DNA of 64,000 nt from Octopus sinensis (lineage: Eukaryota), in contig NC_043024.1 in NCBI RefSeq assembly GCF_006345805.1, positions 14,756,001 through 14,820,000 on the forward strand, read 5' to 3'. Of the stretch, positions 12,248-24,419 are shown one piece after another. The notes below the pieces were generated by a model that was not told where the DNA came from, searched no databases, and saw nothing but the letters and a program-made list of their open reading frames with translations. The translations under genes and the position numbers were made by a program. Position 1 is the stretch's first letter, and each line of letters opens with the position of its first letter.

Positions 12248-12649
12248 TTTACTCATTTACTTGCTTCAGTCATTTGACTGTGGTCATGCTGCAGCACCAC
12301 CTTTAGTCGAGTAAATCGACCCCAGGACTTATTCTTTGTAAGCCCAGTACTTATTCTATCGGTCTCTTTTGCCGAACCGCTAAGTAACGGGGACATGAAC
12401 ACACCAGCATCAGTTGTCAAGCAATGCTAGGGGGATGAACACAAATACACACACATACACATATATATTTATATATACATATATACGACGGGCTTCTTTC
12501 AGTTTCCGTCTACCAAATCCACTCACATGGCTTTGGTCGGCCCGAGGCTATAGTAGAAGACACTTGCCCAAGGTGCCACGCAGTGGGACTGAACCCGGAA
12601 CCATGTGGTTGGTAAACAAGCTACTTACCACACAGCCACCCCTGCGCCT
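12248..12649 (-). mobile_element. SINE family A
   Basis: Full-length match to the family. Confidence 0.85.
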
Positions 12650-12977
12650 ATTCATCACTTTTTTTTTTTTTAATTTATGATCTCAACAAATTCCAATATA
12701 ATCTGAATTTACTCCATCTGAAGCTTATTTGTAGAAAATTTCATTTCAAGCATCCATATTTCTGAAGTTTTGAGGAAAGAAATTCTTTGGGGCACATATT
12801 TTTATTTTATTTATTTTATTTTATTCTATCTGGTTTCAGCTCATGAGCTGTGGCCATGCTGGGGCACCGCCATATGTGTAGGTATGCTTCAGCTCCTTCC
12901 AGCCAGTTACTGAATATCATGTGTATACATTACAGGAAGTCCATAGTAAATGTATTATTTTAGATATAGTAGTAGAT

Positions 12978-13442
12978 AGGTGCGGGAGTGGCTGTGTGGT
13001 AAGTAGCTTGCTTATGAACCACATGGTTCCGGGTTCAGTCCCACTGCGTGGCACCCTGGGCAAGTGTCTTTTACTATAGCCTTGCGCCAACCAAAGCCTT
13101 GTGAGTGGATTTGGTAGACGGAAACTGAAAGAAGCCCATCGTATATATGTATGTGTATGTATGTATGTATGTATGTATGTATGTATGTATGTATGTATGT
13201 ATGTATGCATGCATGCATGCATGTGTGTGTATATGTTTGTGTGTCTGTGTTTGTACCCCCACCATCGCTTGACAACCGATGCTGGTGTGTTTACATCCCC
13301 GTAACAGCTCGGCAAAAGGGACCGATATAATAAGTACTAAGCTTACAAAAAATAAGTCCTGGGGTCGATTTGCTCGACTAAAAGCAATGCTCCAGCATGG
13401 CCACAGTCACATGACTGAAACAAGTAGAAGAGTGAAAGAGAG
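12978..13442 (+). mobile_element. SINE family A
   Basis: Full-length match. Confidence 0.85.
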
Positions 13443-13611
13443 AGTATGCAAAGTATGTGGGAAGAGGAGATTTAGAAAATTCCCCGGTGCCAGTTTTGTT
13501 TCCCCATAGGTATTTTTAAAAGAAAATTTCAACAAATACCATTCAAGGTGTCTACGTTATGATAATGATAAGAACAGAATTTAATAAGCAAATAAAAATT
13601 GGTTTCATAGA

Positions 13612-13693
13612 ACACATACATAGCACACATACATAGCACACATACATAGCACACATACATAGCACACATTCATAGCACACATTCATAGCACAC
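13612..13693. repeat. 13-bp tandem repeat, ~6 copies
   Basis: Unit acacatacatagc. Confidence 0.9.
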
Positions 13694-13859
13694 AGGCGCA
13701 GGAGTGGCTGTGTGGTAAGTAGCTTGCTAACCAACCACATGGTTCCGGGTTCAGTCCCACTGTGTGGCACCTTGGGCAAGTGTCTTCTACTATAGCCTTG
13801 GGCCGACCAATGCCTTCTGAGTAGATTTGGTAGACGGAAACTGAAAGAAGCCTGTTGTA

Positions 13860-13924
<65 letters not shown>

Positions 13925-14143
13925 GTGTGTGTATGTTTGTGTGTCTGTTTGTCTCCCTAGCATTGCTTGACAACCGATGTTGGTGTGTTTACATCCCCGT
14001 CACTTAGCGGTTCGGCAAAAGAGACCGATAGAATAAGTACTAGGCTTACAAAGAATAAGTCCCGGGTTCGATTTGCTCGACTAAAGGCAGTGCTCCAGCA
14101 TGGCTGCAGTCAAATGACTGAAACAAGTAAAAGAGTAAAAGAG
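13694..14143 (+). mobile_element. SINE family A
   Basis: Full-length match. Confidence 0.85.
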
Positions 14144-14511
14144 TAATACATACTGACACTTATCACATCTTTTCCATTTTTTTTTCCGAAAAAATTTATA
14201 TTCACAACAAATTCCAATATAATCCAAATCTACCCCATCTGAAGGGAGTTTTTAGAAAATTTCATTTAAAAATGTTGGTGTTTCTGAAATTTATGAGGAA
14301 AGAAATTCGTTGGGGCACATATGTGTAGGTATACTTCATTTAACTCCAGCAGGTTACTTTATATCTGGGAAGCTACTTATATAAGGTCTAGCTACTATGT
14401 CAAGGCATGTGGCCTAGCGGTTGGTGTGTTGCACTCACCACCACAAGATTGTAGTTTCAATTCCTGGGCTGGGTGTTGTATTGTGCTCTTGAGTGAAACA
14501 TTTAAGTGAAA

Positions 14512-14835
14512 GCACATAGCTCAGTGGTTAGAATACTGAGCTTTCAGTCATGAATTTGTGAGTTCAATTCCTGGACTGGACAGTGAGTTGTGTTCTTGAG
14601 CAAGACACTTTATTTCATGTTGCTCCAGTTCACTCAGCTGTAGAAATGAGTTGTGACATCACTGGTGCCAAGCTGTATCAGCCCCTTTGCCTTTCCCTTG
14701 GATAACATTGGTGGCATCGAGAGGGGAGACTGATTTGCATGGGTGACTACTGGTCTTCCACAAACAACCTCAGAGGGGAACTTTCTAGGTGCAGTCCCAT
14801 GATCATTCATGACTAAAGGGGGGTCTTGACCTTTT
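14512..14835 (+). mobile_element. SINE family D (head tggctcagtggttagag, V-domain-like ttgagcaagacactt)
   Basis: Matches 59141-59478; partial head at 14398-14510. Confidence 0.75.
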
Positions 14836-15068
14836 TACTTTTAGCTACTGTGTACAGGTCTTGCATGCATAAAGCAGCAGGGGTATACATACATAAATGT
14901 GCCCCACCTAATTTTTTTCATCATAACTTCCACAAAAATAAATAACTTTTATGAAATTTCCAACAAATATGCTTCAGATGATATAAATTCTGGTTATACC
15001 TGAATTTGTTTTGTAAAATATGTACTTTGGTGGGAGTGTGTGGGGAGAGGAGGTTCAGAATATTCACA

Positions 15069-15479
15069 AGGCAGTGAGCTGGCAGAATCGTTAGCACGCC
15101 GGGTGAAATGCTCAGTGGTATTTCGTCTGCCGCTACGTTCTGAGTTCAAATTCCGGCGAGGTCAACTTTGCCTTTCATCCTTTCAGGGTCGATTAAATAA
15201 GTACCAGTTACGCACTGGGGTCGATATAATCGACTTGATCCGCTTGTCTGTCTTTGTTTGTCCCCTCTGTGTTTAGCCCCTTGTGGGCAGTAAAGAAATA
15301 GGTATTTCGTCTGTCGTTACGTTCTGAGTTCAAATTCCGCCAGGGTCAACTTTGCCTTTCATCCTTTCAGGGTCGATAAATTAAGCACCAGTTACGCACT
15401 GAGGTCGATGTAATCAACTTAATCCCTTCGTCCTTGTTTGTCCCCTCTATGTTGAGCCCCTTGTGGGCAATAAAGAAAT
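15069..15479 (+). mobile_element. SINE family B with tandem second body
   Basis: TSD agaatattcaca. Confidence 0.85.
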
Positions 15480-16105
15480 AAGAATATTCACATTGGTTAA
15501 CTTTATTTCCTCATAACTTTCAGAGAAATAAGTATTCTTAAATGAAGATTTTCAACAAATACCTATTAGATTATGTAGATTACAATTACATCAGAATTTA
15601 ATAGGCAAATAAAAATTGCTGAGATAGCACACATACATACTGGCACTCATTACAGTTTTTCTTTTCTTTTTTCGAAGAAGTTATAATCACAACAGATTTA
15701 AATGTAATCTGAATTTATACCATCTGAAGGAAGTTTGTAGAAAATTTCATTAAAATTAACCATGTTGCTGAAAGTTATGAGGAAAGAAATTCGTTGGGGC
15801 ACATATGTGTAGGTATGCTTCAGCTAAATCTGGCTGGTTACTGTATATCATTGCCTATGCATTACAGAAAGTTCATAGTAAACATGCATTATTTTAAATA
15901 TAGTAGTAAGCATATATGTAGAGATTGAGAGGCAGAGAGTGTGTAAGGCCACTATATTGTGATCAATATATATAGATCTTCAGAGGGATGTCATTAACAG
16001 TTATAAGGTAGTGTATTTGTGAATGATTCAGAGATGGTAGATACTAACCAGATTAGTATTAACATAATGTGGAAAGTATCAAAATTCTATGTAAAACAAT
16101 TGATA

Positions 16106-16652
16106 TTGGGTTGTCCGGAAAGTTCGTGCCGATTTATTTTACCTTTCGACTTATTTTAGAACATGGTTGAGTCCATAAAATAGGATTTGACTACACCTCC
16201 ATTTAAAGCACAGTTTAAGCTATCTTATCGTGGAAGAAGGTTTATGTTCCTATAACCTCTGTTAATTCTGTAACCCTTTAAAATGGAAGATAAGAAAGTT
16301 CATTTTTGGCACTTGATGCTTTGGGAACCAGACACAAATTGCTGCAGCTCGGCTGGGATGTGTTACCCCACTCTCCATATTCACCAGATATTGTTCCTTC
16401 AGATTTCCACTTATTCAGGTCTCTGCAGAATAGTCTTAATGGTAAAAATTTCAATTCCTTGGATGACGTAAAAATTCTTTGCCATGAAACCACCTCAATT
16501 CTGGGAAGAGGGTATTTTCAAGTTAAATGAAAGATGGAGATGCATTGTACAACAAAATGGTTCGTATTTAGTTGATTAAAAATGTAATGGCAAGTATTTA
16601 TTGACCTTTTTCTTTCCTTTAAAAATCGGCACAATTTTTCCGGACAACTCAA
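16106..16652 (+). mobile_element. Mariner deletion derivative (547 bp)
   Basis: TIRs ttgggttgtccggaaagttcgtgccgattt / aaatcggcacaatttttccggacaactcaa; TA TSD; MEDKKVHF N-terminus fused to HSPYSPDIVPSDFHLF. Confidence 0.9.
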
Positions 16653-17294
16653 TATGATGAGGAATAAATAATATCAGTCAGTGGAAAATGCTACTTTAAC
16701 ATGAAGGCTATTTTTTACTGATGAGGTCATAAAAAGGCTGGAATTGATCCAAAGTTGTCTCTGGTACTTATCCATCTTTCCCATTAGAAACAATATTGAC
16801 TAATATTGCATCTTCATCTTCAAATAGTTATTTCTATTGAGCTTTATGCTTTTTGTATTAAGTATATTAACACTAAGTTAATTAGTAGCAGAGAGAGAGG
16901 CATGCATTTGTGACATTAAATATTTGAATATTGTTACCATCTATACTATTTAATATTATTGATGGAAATGATACAATAGGAAAGATGCCAAAATTATTAT
17001 TGGACCCAACTGACAATGAAGTGCATGTCCTGCAACATAAGCCATATACATCTCTCAGAGAGAGAGAGAAGGTATACACCCCCGAAAGCATGGCATTTAA
17101 CGAAAGTTAGAATGCAGTAATATGTTCTACACTCCACTTATGTATCTAGTGCGGTTAGATGAGGGGCAACAAACTAGGCTAACATGCAGAATACAAGCTA
17201 CATAATAATATTAATAGAATATAGGAAATATGTTTGGTATTTTAAGCTTTATAAAAAAACATGTTTTGGAAAATCAACTGGCATTGATTGCCCT

Positions 17295-17388
17295 CTTTAT
17301 ACTGATGAGGTGAATCAGTAAGAGTATATAACTTCACCAAAGGATCATGTAATCTTGTTAGCTGGTTTACCAAAACACGTGTATAAAG
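17295..17388 (+). ncRNA. Decayed type I hammerhead ribozyme motif (CUGAUGA core)
   Basis: 7-bp stem I ctttata/tataaag, CTGATGA, 10-bp stem II ggtgaatcag/ctggtttacc. GAAA reads aaaa and the cleavage base is G, so probably inactive. Confidence 0.5.
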
Positions 17389-17945
17389 CATAAAATATCA
17401 AAGATATTTTTTATCTTTTATTTCACACACACACATGTGTATGTATGTATGTACATACTGATTAAAATATGATTTATTGTATAAATTCAATTAATGTCAC
17501 ATTTTCTGAAAATTGTAGCAATCAAACCATGAATATCTAACTTTACTACAGAATATTTTTACCTTATCAGGTAATAATGCAATTTTGCCAAAATTGCAAT
17601 TATATAAATTAAGCCACCAAGGCAATTAGTAGGAAAATAGCCTATGATCTCATGAGAAGACATGAAGAAAATTTAATTACAAATGGTTTATGAAATTGAA
17701 GTGCCAACTGCAGTAAAATAGTAGATGTTATATTAAGGAGAAGCTTATTACACAAAGTATTATTGAGAGAAACTTACTAACTGTATCAGAATTATTTAGA
17801 TTCCAATTTTACCTCTGGAATAAATTTTTTTGATAAAGGAAAACTATTACAGGTAAACTTAATCTCATCAGAACAAAATTTAACTTAGAAAATAATTTAA
17901 AGAGAAATTTCAGTTTGTCTTCTAAATCAAAAAGTCATTTTTCAG

Positions 17946-18602
17946 CCGGCGTTGAGCCACAAATTCCACAACTGAGAACAGCAGAACAAACAGAGCTTCC
18001 TTCAAGACAACAGCACAAGTGGAATCTTGAAGTGGCTGATGATACTGAGCTTGTACATAAAGGGAATAATAATTCATCTAAAGAAGTACGAATGTTAGAT
18101 ACCAAATTTGTTAAAAATCCAGCTGAAGGTTCCATTAAAAATCAGCAGCAATCAGAATCTTTGGAAACATCAAGTTTTCCAAACACTTTTGAAGATGAGC
18201 AGAAATTACCATCGTTCTCAAAAAATGTATCACGGAGAATTCTTTCTAAATGGAATTTGTTTCTCAAACATGAAGGAAAGTTAACTAAGAAAGAAAAACC
18301 CTTTACACCTGAAATACAAAATGATAAAATGAACTCAGAGCAAGATACATCAAGTGATTCAACAAAGCAAGAGAAAAATAAATATTCATTTATGCTCCAA
18401 ATAGACAATGAGGAAAGGATTCTATCCAAAAAAATCTTTCGAAAATCCGATCCTGCAACCATTCAACCTTCACCAAGCCAGGAAGAAGAAGAAGAAGAAG
18501 AAGAAGAGTTAGATTTTAATCTTCTTGCGCCAAGAGTAGAATCTCAGAAAGAACGACATTCTCCAGAAATACTTCCAGAACTACTGAAGACAAGAGTATC
18601 AG
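17946..18602 (+). CDS. Large Cys-free S/E/K-rich linker exon (219 codons, phase 1-1)
   Basis: Acceptor catttttcag|CC, donor TCAG|gtaaga; inside the 240-aa ORF 17915-18637; 657 nt; frame-compatible with the next exon. Confidence 0.7.
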
Positions 18603-19263
18603 GTAAGATTGTATTACCAATAGTATTGGGAGGATAATCAAATGTATTGATATGTGTTTTTTCTCAGTTTTTATTAGATTTTAAAATATCCTGAATGTCT
18701 AAGAACGACAAAAAAAAAGACAAAAAAGCAAATCCTCTCCAAAATAATGTAATTTTGGAGAATCTATTGTCAAACTGACATGGTGCCTTTTGGGTATTTC
18801 TTTTACAATAACTTTTGGGCTCAAGACCACCTTACTGTTCTGTCAATTATCCAATCAGTTCAATACCTTCTCATATAAATTGGATTTTTTCCTCTAGTCT
18901 CTTTCCTTAACCCTAGGGATTTTTATGTTACCAAATGTAGGATAAAGAAAAAAAGGAGTTTAAAAATAATTTTTGTAGATTTTTAAATGCAATCCAAAAC
19001 AGTGATTCCTAATAATGAATGATATCTCTTAGATCTTCGTGTTTATTCAGTTATAGTTTTTCAAAATTTATTGCATGTGGCAATATTACTTCATGTCACT
19101 GAAACCTGGTTTTATTTACAAATAAACATTCATTACAATTTGTGTAAAGTAGTAATAAATTCAATTCAGTTTTCCTATTTTTTCACCTTATTCTCATTAC
19201 TCATATCTATATCATTTGTACATTAGCATTGAGAAGATGTATTTTCAAATAATTTCTTTCAAA

Positions 19264-19430
19264 TAGGCACGGGAGTGGCTGTGTGGTAGGTAGCTTGCTT
19301 ACCAGCCATATGGTTCTGGGTTCATTCCCACTGCGTGGCAACTTAGGCAAGTGTCTTCTACTATAGCCTCGGGCCGACCAAAGCTTTGTGAGTGGATTTG
19401 GTAAATGGAAACTGAAAGACGCCTGTCGTA

Positions 19431-19469
<39 letters not shown>

Positions 19470-19811
19470 TCTTTTACTTGTTTCAGTCATTTGACTGCGG
19501 CCATGTTGGAACACTGCCTTTAGTCGAGAAAATCGACCCCAGGACTTATTCTTTGTATGCTGAGTACTTATTCTATCGGTCGATTTTGCCGAACTGCTAA
19601 GTTACGTGGATGTAAACACACCAGCATCGGTTTACGTCATGTGTTTACCAGCATGTGTTTACGTCCACGTAACTTAGCAGTTCGGCAAAATGGACCGACA
19701 GAATAAGTACTCAGCATACAAAGAATAAGTCCTGGGGTCGATTTTCTCGACTAAAGGCGGTGCTCCAACATGGCCGCAGTCAAATGACTGAAACAAGTAA
19801 AAGAGTACATA
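19264..19811 (+). mobile_element. SINE family A, rearranged (5' half then inverted duplication of 3' half)
   Basis: Head at 19264; see the inverted repeat at 19463. Confidence 0.8.
19463..19811. repeat. Inverted duplication of a SINE 3' half
   Basis: Arms ~19463-19620 and ~19652-19811 share private substitutions. Confidence 0.9.
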
Positions 19812-20222
19812 CTAATAAAATCTAGATTAGTCTGTTGTTTTGAAATCTGTTAAGAACCTTCATTTCCTCAAATGAAAGTATTTTACATTTAAACTTAGTG
19901 GACTTGGTTGCAGAAATGTTTCTTTGTTTTACACAATGAATTGATGTGTTAGTGTTTATGAAGAGTAAGGAAGTTTGCTTTATTCTCTTGAAACTGAAAA
20001 TGGAGAACGGATCTATCATACCAAGTGATACATCAAACATTGTGAACTCAACTTTCTCTGAAGGATTATGAAGTTGATAGAAGTGCATTTATTAGCTATA
20101 GAAATTAGCTCCATTGAATAATATGGAATCTTACTGCTAAAATCATTCAGGTTAACTGTTGATTTCTCTATGAGATGCTTGCCTGCACTTTAACAGGTTT
20201 TATTTTTCCATCAGACTGAAAG

Positions 20223-20668
20223 CTTATAATGATATTAAGGATATCACTATAGTGATATTAAGGACATCACTTATAGTGATATTAAGGATATCACTTATAG
20301 TGATATTAAGGATATCACTTATAGTGATATTAAGGATATCACTTATAGTGATATTAAGGATATCACTTATAGTGATATTAAGGATATCACTTATAGTGAT
20401 ATTAAGGATATCACTATAGTGATATTAAGGACATCACTTATAGTGATATTAAGGATATCACTTATAGTGATATTAAGGATATCACTATAGTGATATTAAG
20501 GATATCACTATAGTGATATTAAGGATATCATTATAGTGATATTAAGGATATCACTATAGTGATATTAAGGATATCATTATAGTGATATTAAGGATATCAC
20601 TATAGTGATATTAAGGACATCACTTATATTGATATTAAGGATATCACTTATAGTGATATTAAGGATAT
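20223..20668. repeat. 23/24-bp palindromic minisatellite, ~19 copies
   Basis: Unit c(t)tatagtgatattaaggatatca. Confidence 0.95.
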
Positions 20669-21099
20669 AGGTTGTCCGTATAGCTTTGTAAGCATACATT
20701 TATTCTATGCTTTGTATATAGATATATATAGCAGGCTTCCACACAATTTCTATCAATCAAATTTTCATTTACTAAATGTCAATCAATTTAAGGATATGAT
20801 AAAAAATATTTGTTTAAGGTGCCACAGTGTGAAATTGAACCTGAAACTACATATTTGTGAAACAAATTTCTTAACCAAACAGCTATATAATTCTAGATTT
20901 CTTTAATCTACATTATCTTGATTAAGACAAGAATAACTTATGATTAGAAAGCAGGATAGTTATTTAATTAATGTAATTATTTAATATGGTCAATTCAGTC
21001 TTCATTAGGGCTACTTTTGAACTGCAAATGTTGCAATCAAATTTACATACAGAGATGCCATCTTTTACTCTTAAGCCTCTCTATTTCTTACTTGGTCTT

Positions 21100-21280
21100 C
21101 TGTCAAGAGATTGCTGAAAGAGGAGAATGCATGGGAGAAAGGAGGACTATCTGAAGTAGAGCCAACAAAAAGAGTGGTTATTGGAGTTGACAGTACAGTA
21201 TGGTGAGAAGAGCTGTTAAGGATATGAAGGCAAGGAAAGCAATTAGACCTTCGGGAATAATTGCTGTGGTGCTAAATATA
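21100..21280 (+). mobile_element. RTE LINE fragment (region before RT)
   Basis: RLLKEENAWEK...; after a frameshift AVKDMKARKAIRPSGII. Confidence 0.55.
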
Positions 21281-21714
21281 ACTAAGAAAATAAGGCACAT
21301 GCTAATCACTCGCATAATCAGTTATTGATATTACTTAGCCAAGGTCAGCCCTGACCAAGCAGACATATGATCAAAGGCATTCCAGCCCTGTTTATGTATG
21401 TGCAAGGCCCTCAAGGCCACTTTTTTCAATGTATCCCTTTTTACGATAGACAGGTGTGGTTCCAGGTACATCTGGCTGTTGTATCTAGTGGGTGAAGCTG
21501 TCACATAAAGGATCTTATTTGCTTGGTGTTAATCAGGTGGTGCAGGGATGTCTCATTTCCATTGTCTGGTATCGTAATATCATCATCCTTATCATCATCA
21601 TTAACTTCTACAAAAGCAAATAAGATGCTCCGGAAAGACTCAGGTACAGAGATATCAAACTGGTGGACCAAGTTATGAAAATAAGAAAAACAGTTATAGC
21701 ATAACTGATTTGGG

Positions 21715-22400
21715 ATCCTGTTAGCTTCATCCTCATCATCATTGTTCGACCGTGGTTGAGACAATGGAATTTTCCATGCTACGCCAGACTTCACGGTCCA
21801 TCATGGCATTACGGAGGTCCTGTTGCTGGATGCCTGTATCCCTGGAGATTACATCATGGTAGGAGAGTGTGCGCTCTCTGGTATTGCGAGTAGACGGCTT
21901 CCAGAGGAGAAGAGTAGAAATTACCTCGTTTTCAGCTCTACAACAATGTCCAGCAAACTGGACTCTCCTACTTTTCACAAGAGATGACACAGGTGGTAGT
22001 TTCCCATATATTTGCATTTTGGTTGGATGACGCTTCCATGAGAGTTTTTGAGCTCTCATAAGGAGGCAAGTGTAGGTTCCATCCAACTGCCTCTCAAGCT
22101 TCTTTGATAACGTCCAGGTTTCTGAGCCATATAGTAGGATTGGTTCGACTGTGGCTTTGAAGATTTCAAGTTTGAAGTCTCTACTTAGATTTGATGACCA
22201 GATCTTATGCATGTCATTACAGGCTGACCAGGCCATACCCTTTCTAGTTAGAAAATCTTTTCCAGATGATGATATGTATGACCCAAGATATTTGTAATCA
22301 GAAACCATATTTAAGTGCGCATTGTTGAGAGTGTGGATGATGCAATCACTGTTGGACAGGCACTTGTTTATATATTCAGTCTTGGCACATGCTGTTAGCT
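21715..22400 (-). mobile_element. RTE/RTEX-like LINE 3' end (189-aa open stretch)
   Basis: YKYLGSYI...ILLYGSETWTL...RRVQFAGHC...DREVWRS; (GAT)-like tail. Confidence 0.85.
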
Positions 22401-22464
22401 TAGAGGAGATGTAGTTCGGGTTTGTGCCAGTGAGACAACCACAGAAGTTCTTAGCTACTCTATA

Positions 22465-22650
22465 AAATATTCATCAATCTGGAAACTACTTTTCACAAAG
22501 TAGCACATCCTGTAACCTGGTGGATAATAAGAAAACTAGAAGTAGATGAATGGCTTTTTAGATCCCTGCCAACTACACACAGAGGTGACATCAGCAAAGT
22601 GAGAGTTGGCAATTAATTCAGTGAGGACTTTAGCTGTACAAAAGCTGAAA
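22465..22650 (+). mobile_element. RTE LINE RT fragment
   Basis: FINLETTFHKV...WWIIRKLEVDEWL...SKVRVG (degenerate DLEKAFDRV motif). Confidence 0.6.
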
Positions 22651-22690
22651 AGAAATGAGATGAACAGACTCTACAAGATGCATAACTAAT

Positions 22691-23058
22691 ATGTGTGGTA
22701 AGTAGCTTGCTTACCAACCACATGGTTCCGGGTTCAGTCCCACTGCATGGCACCTTGGGCAAGTATCTTCTACTATAGCCTCAGGTCGACCAAAGCCTTG
22801 TAAGTGGATTTGGTAGAGAGAAACTGAAAAGAAGCTCGTTGTATATATGTATATATATATATATATGTATGTGTTTGTCTCCCCAACATTGCTTGACAAC
22901 CAATGCTGGTGTATTTACATCCCCGTAACTTAGTGGTTCAGCAAAAGAGAATAAGTAGTAGGCTTACAAAGAATAACGCCTGGGGTTGATTTGCTCGACT
23001 AAAGGCGGTGCTCCAGCATGGCCACAGTCAAGTGACTGAAACAAGTAAAAGAGAGAGA
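22691..23058 (+). mobile_element. SINE family A
   Basis: Match with small deletions. Confidence 0.8.
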
Positions 23059-23304
23059 GTATAGGAATTCTACTGTGGTCAGCTTTGCCTTTCATCCTTT
23101 CAGGGTTGGTAAAATAAGTACCAGTTGCACGCTGGGGTCGATGTAATTGACTTATCCTCTCCCTTGAATTTTCTGGACTTGTGCCAAAATTTGAAACCAG
23201 TATCAATGTATTTGAACAATGCAACAGAAAATAGCCGAGAGAAAAAAATGGTTATAAGAGAAACCAGTTGCAGAAAGAAGACTGCATTGGTATGAACATG
23301 TAAT

Positions 23305-23685
23305 ACTCTTTTACTTGTTTCAGTCATGTGACTGTGGCCATGCTGGAGCACTGCCTTTAGTCGAGAAAATCGACCCCAGGACTTATTCTTTGTAAGCCTA
23401 CTACTTATTCTATCGGTCTCTTTTGCCGAACCGCTAACTAACGGAGACATAAACACAGCAGCATCAGTTGTCAAGCGATGTTGGGGGGACAAACACAGAC
23501 ACACAAACATATACACATGCATACATATATATGACGGGCTTCTTTCAGTTTCCATCTACCAAATCCACTCACAAGGCTTTGGTTGGCCCAAGGCTATAGT
23601 AGAAGACACTTGGCCAAGGTGCCACGCAGTGGGACTGAACCCGGAACCATGTGGTTGGTAAGCAAGCTACTTACCACACAGCCAC
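23305..23685 (-). mobile_element. SINE family A
   Basis: Match; head slightly truncated. Confidence 0.8.
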
Positions 23686-24059
23686 AAGAAGTATAAGAGT
23701 TAAGTTAAATGAAAAAAAAAAGAGCCAGGTGATCCAAGGTGAAAGAAACAATGGAAGTGTAAGATTGAGTAAGAGATAGGGAGAAGTGGAGGGAGGCTGA
23801 TATCAGGAAGATGAACATCATGAAATATAGGACAAAGGACTGCAAGAAGCAGTGAGATACTGTGCTGAAGCCTCGCCACATCCCTAACCCATGCAAACAC
23901 TGAAAAATAGACATGGGTTATGATGATGATGATATTCACAACTCTAATGCTGTACTGTGTCCATTGGTAAGATATTCAACAGCTTTAGTTAACCTTGTAC
24001 CATATGAAGAATTGAATAAGACAATTGCAGATATAATTAGTTTTTGAACTTTTTCTTCT

Positions 24060-24355
24060 ATAATTCGAGCGTGATCGTTACCAACGTCGCCTTACTGGCA
24101 CCTGTGCCGGTGGCATGTGTAAAAGGATTCGAGTGAGGTCATTGCCAGTACCGCCTGACTGGCCCCCGTGCCAGTGGCATGTAAAAAGCACCCGCTACAC
24201 TCTTGGAGTGTTTGGCATTAGGAAGGGCATCCAGCTGTAGAAACTCTGCCAAATCAAGATTGGAGCCTGGTGCAACCATCTGGTTCGCCAGCCCTCAGTC
24301 AAAATCATCCAACCCATGCTAGTATGGAAAGCGGACGTTAAATGATGATGATGAT
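24060..24355 (+). mobile_element. RTE 3' UTR / (GAT)n tail copy
   Basis: Matches 46380-46680. Confidence 0.75.
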
Positions 24356-24419
24356 AAATTATGCAAACACCTCCAGTCAAGTATCTGAATTTTTTCCTTC
24401 TGTTATAAATAAAGTAAGA

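Noticed and set aside
16718-16765. CTGATGA followed by a weak stem (possible hammerhead)
   Set aside because: No GAAA, no stem I and no palindromic stem III.
19822-20190. 88-aa minus-strand ORF, possible LINE remnant
   Set aside because: No motif I can identify with confidence.
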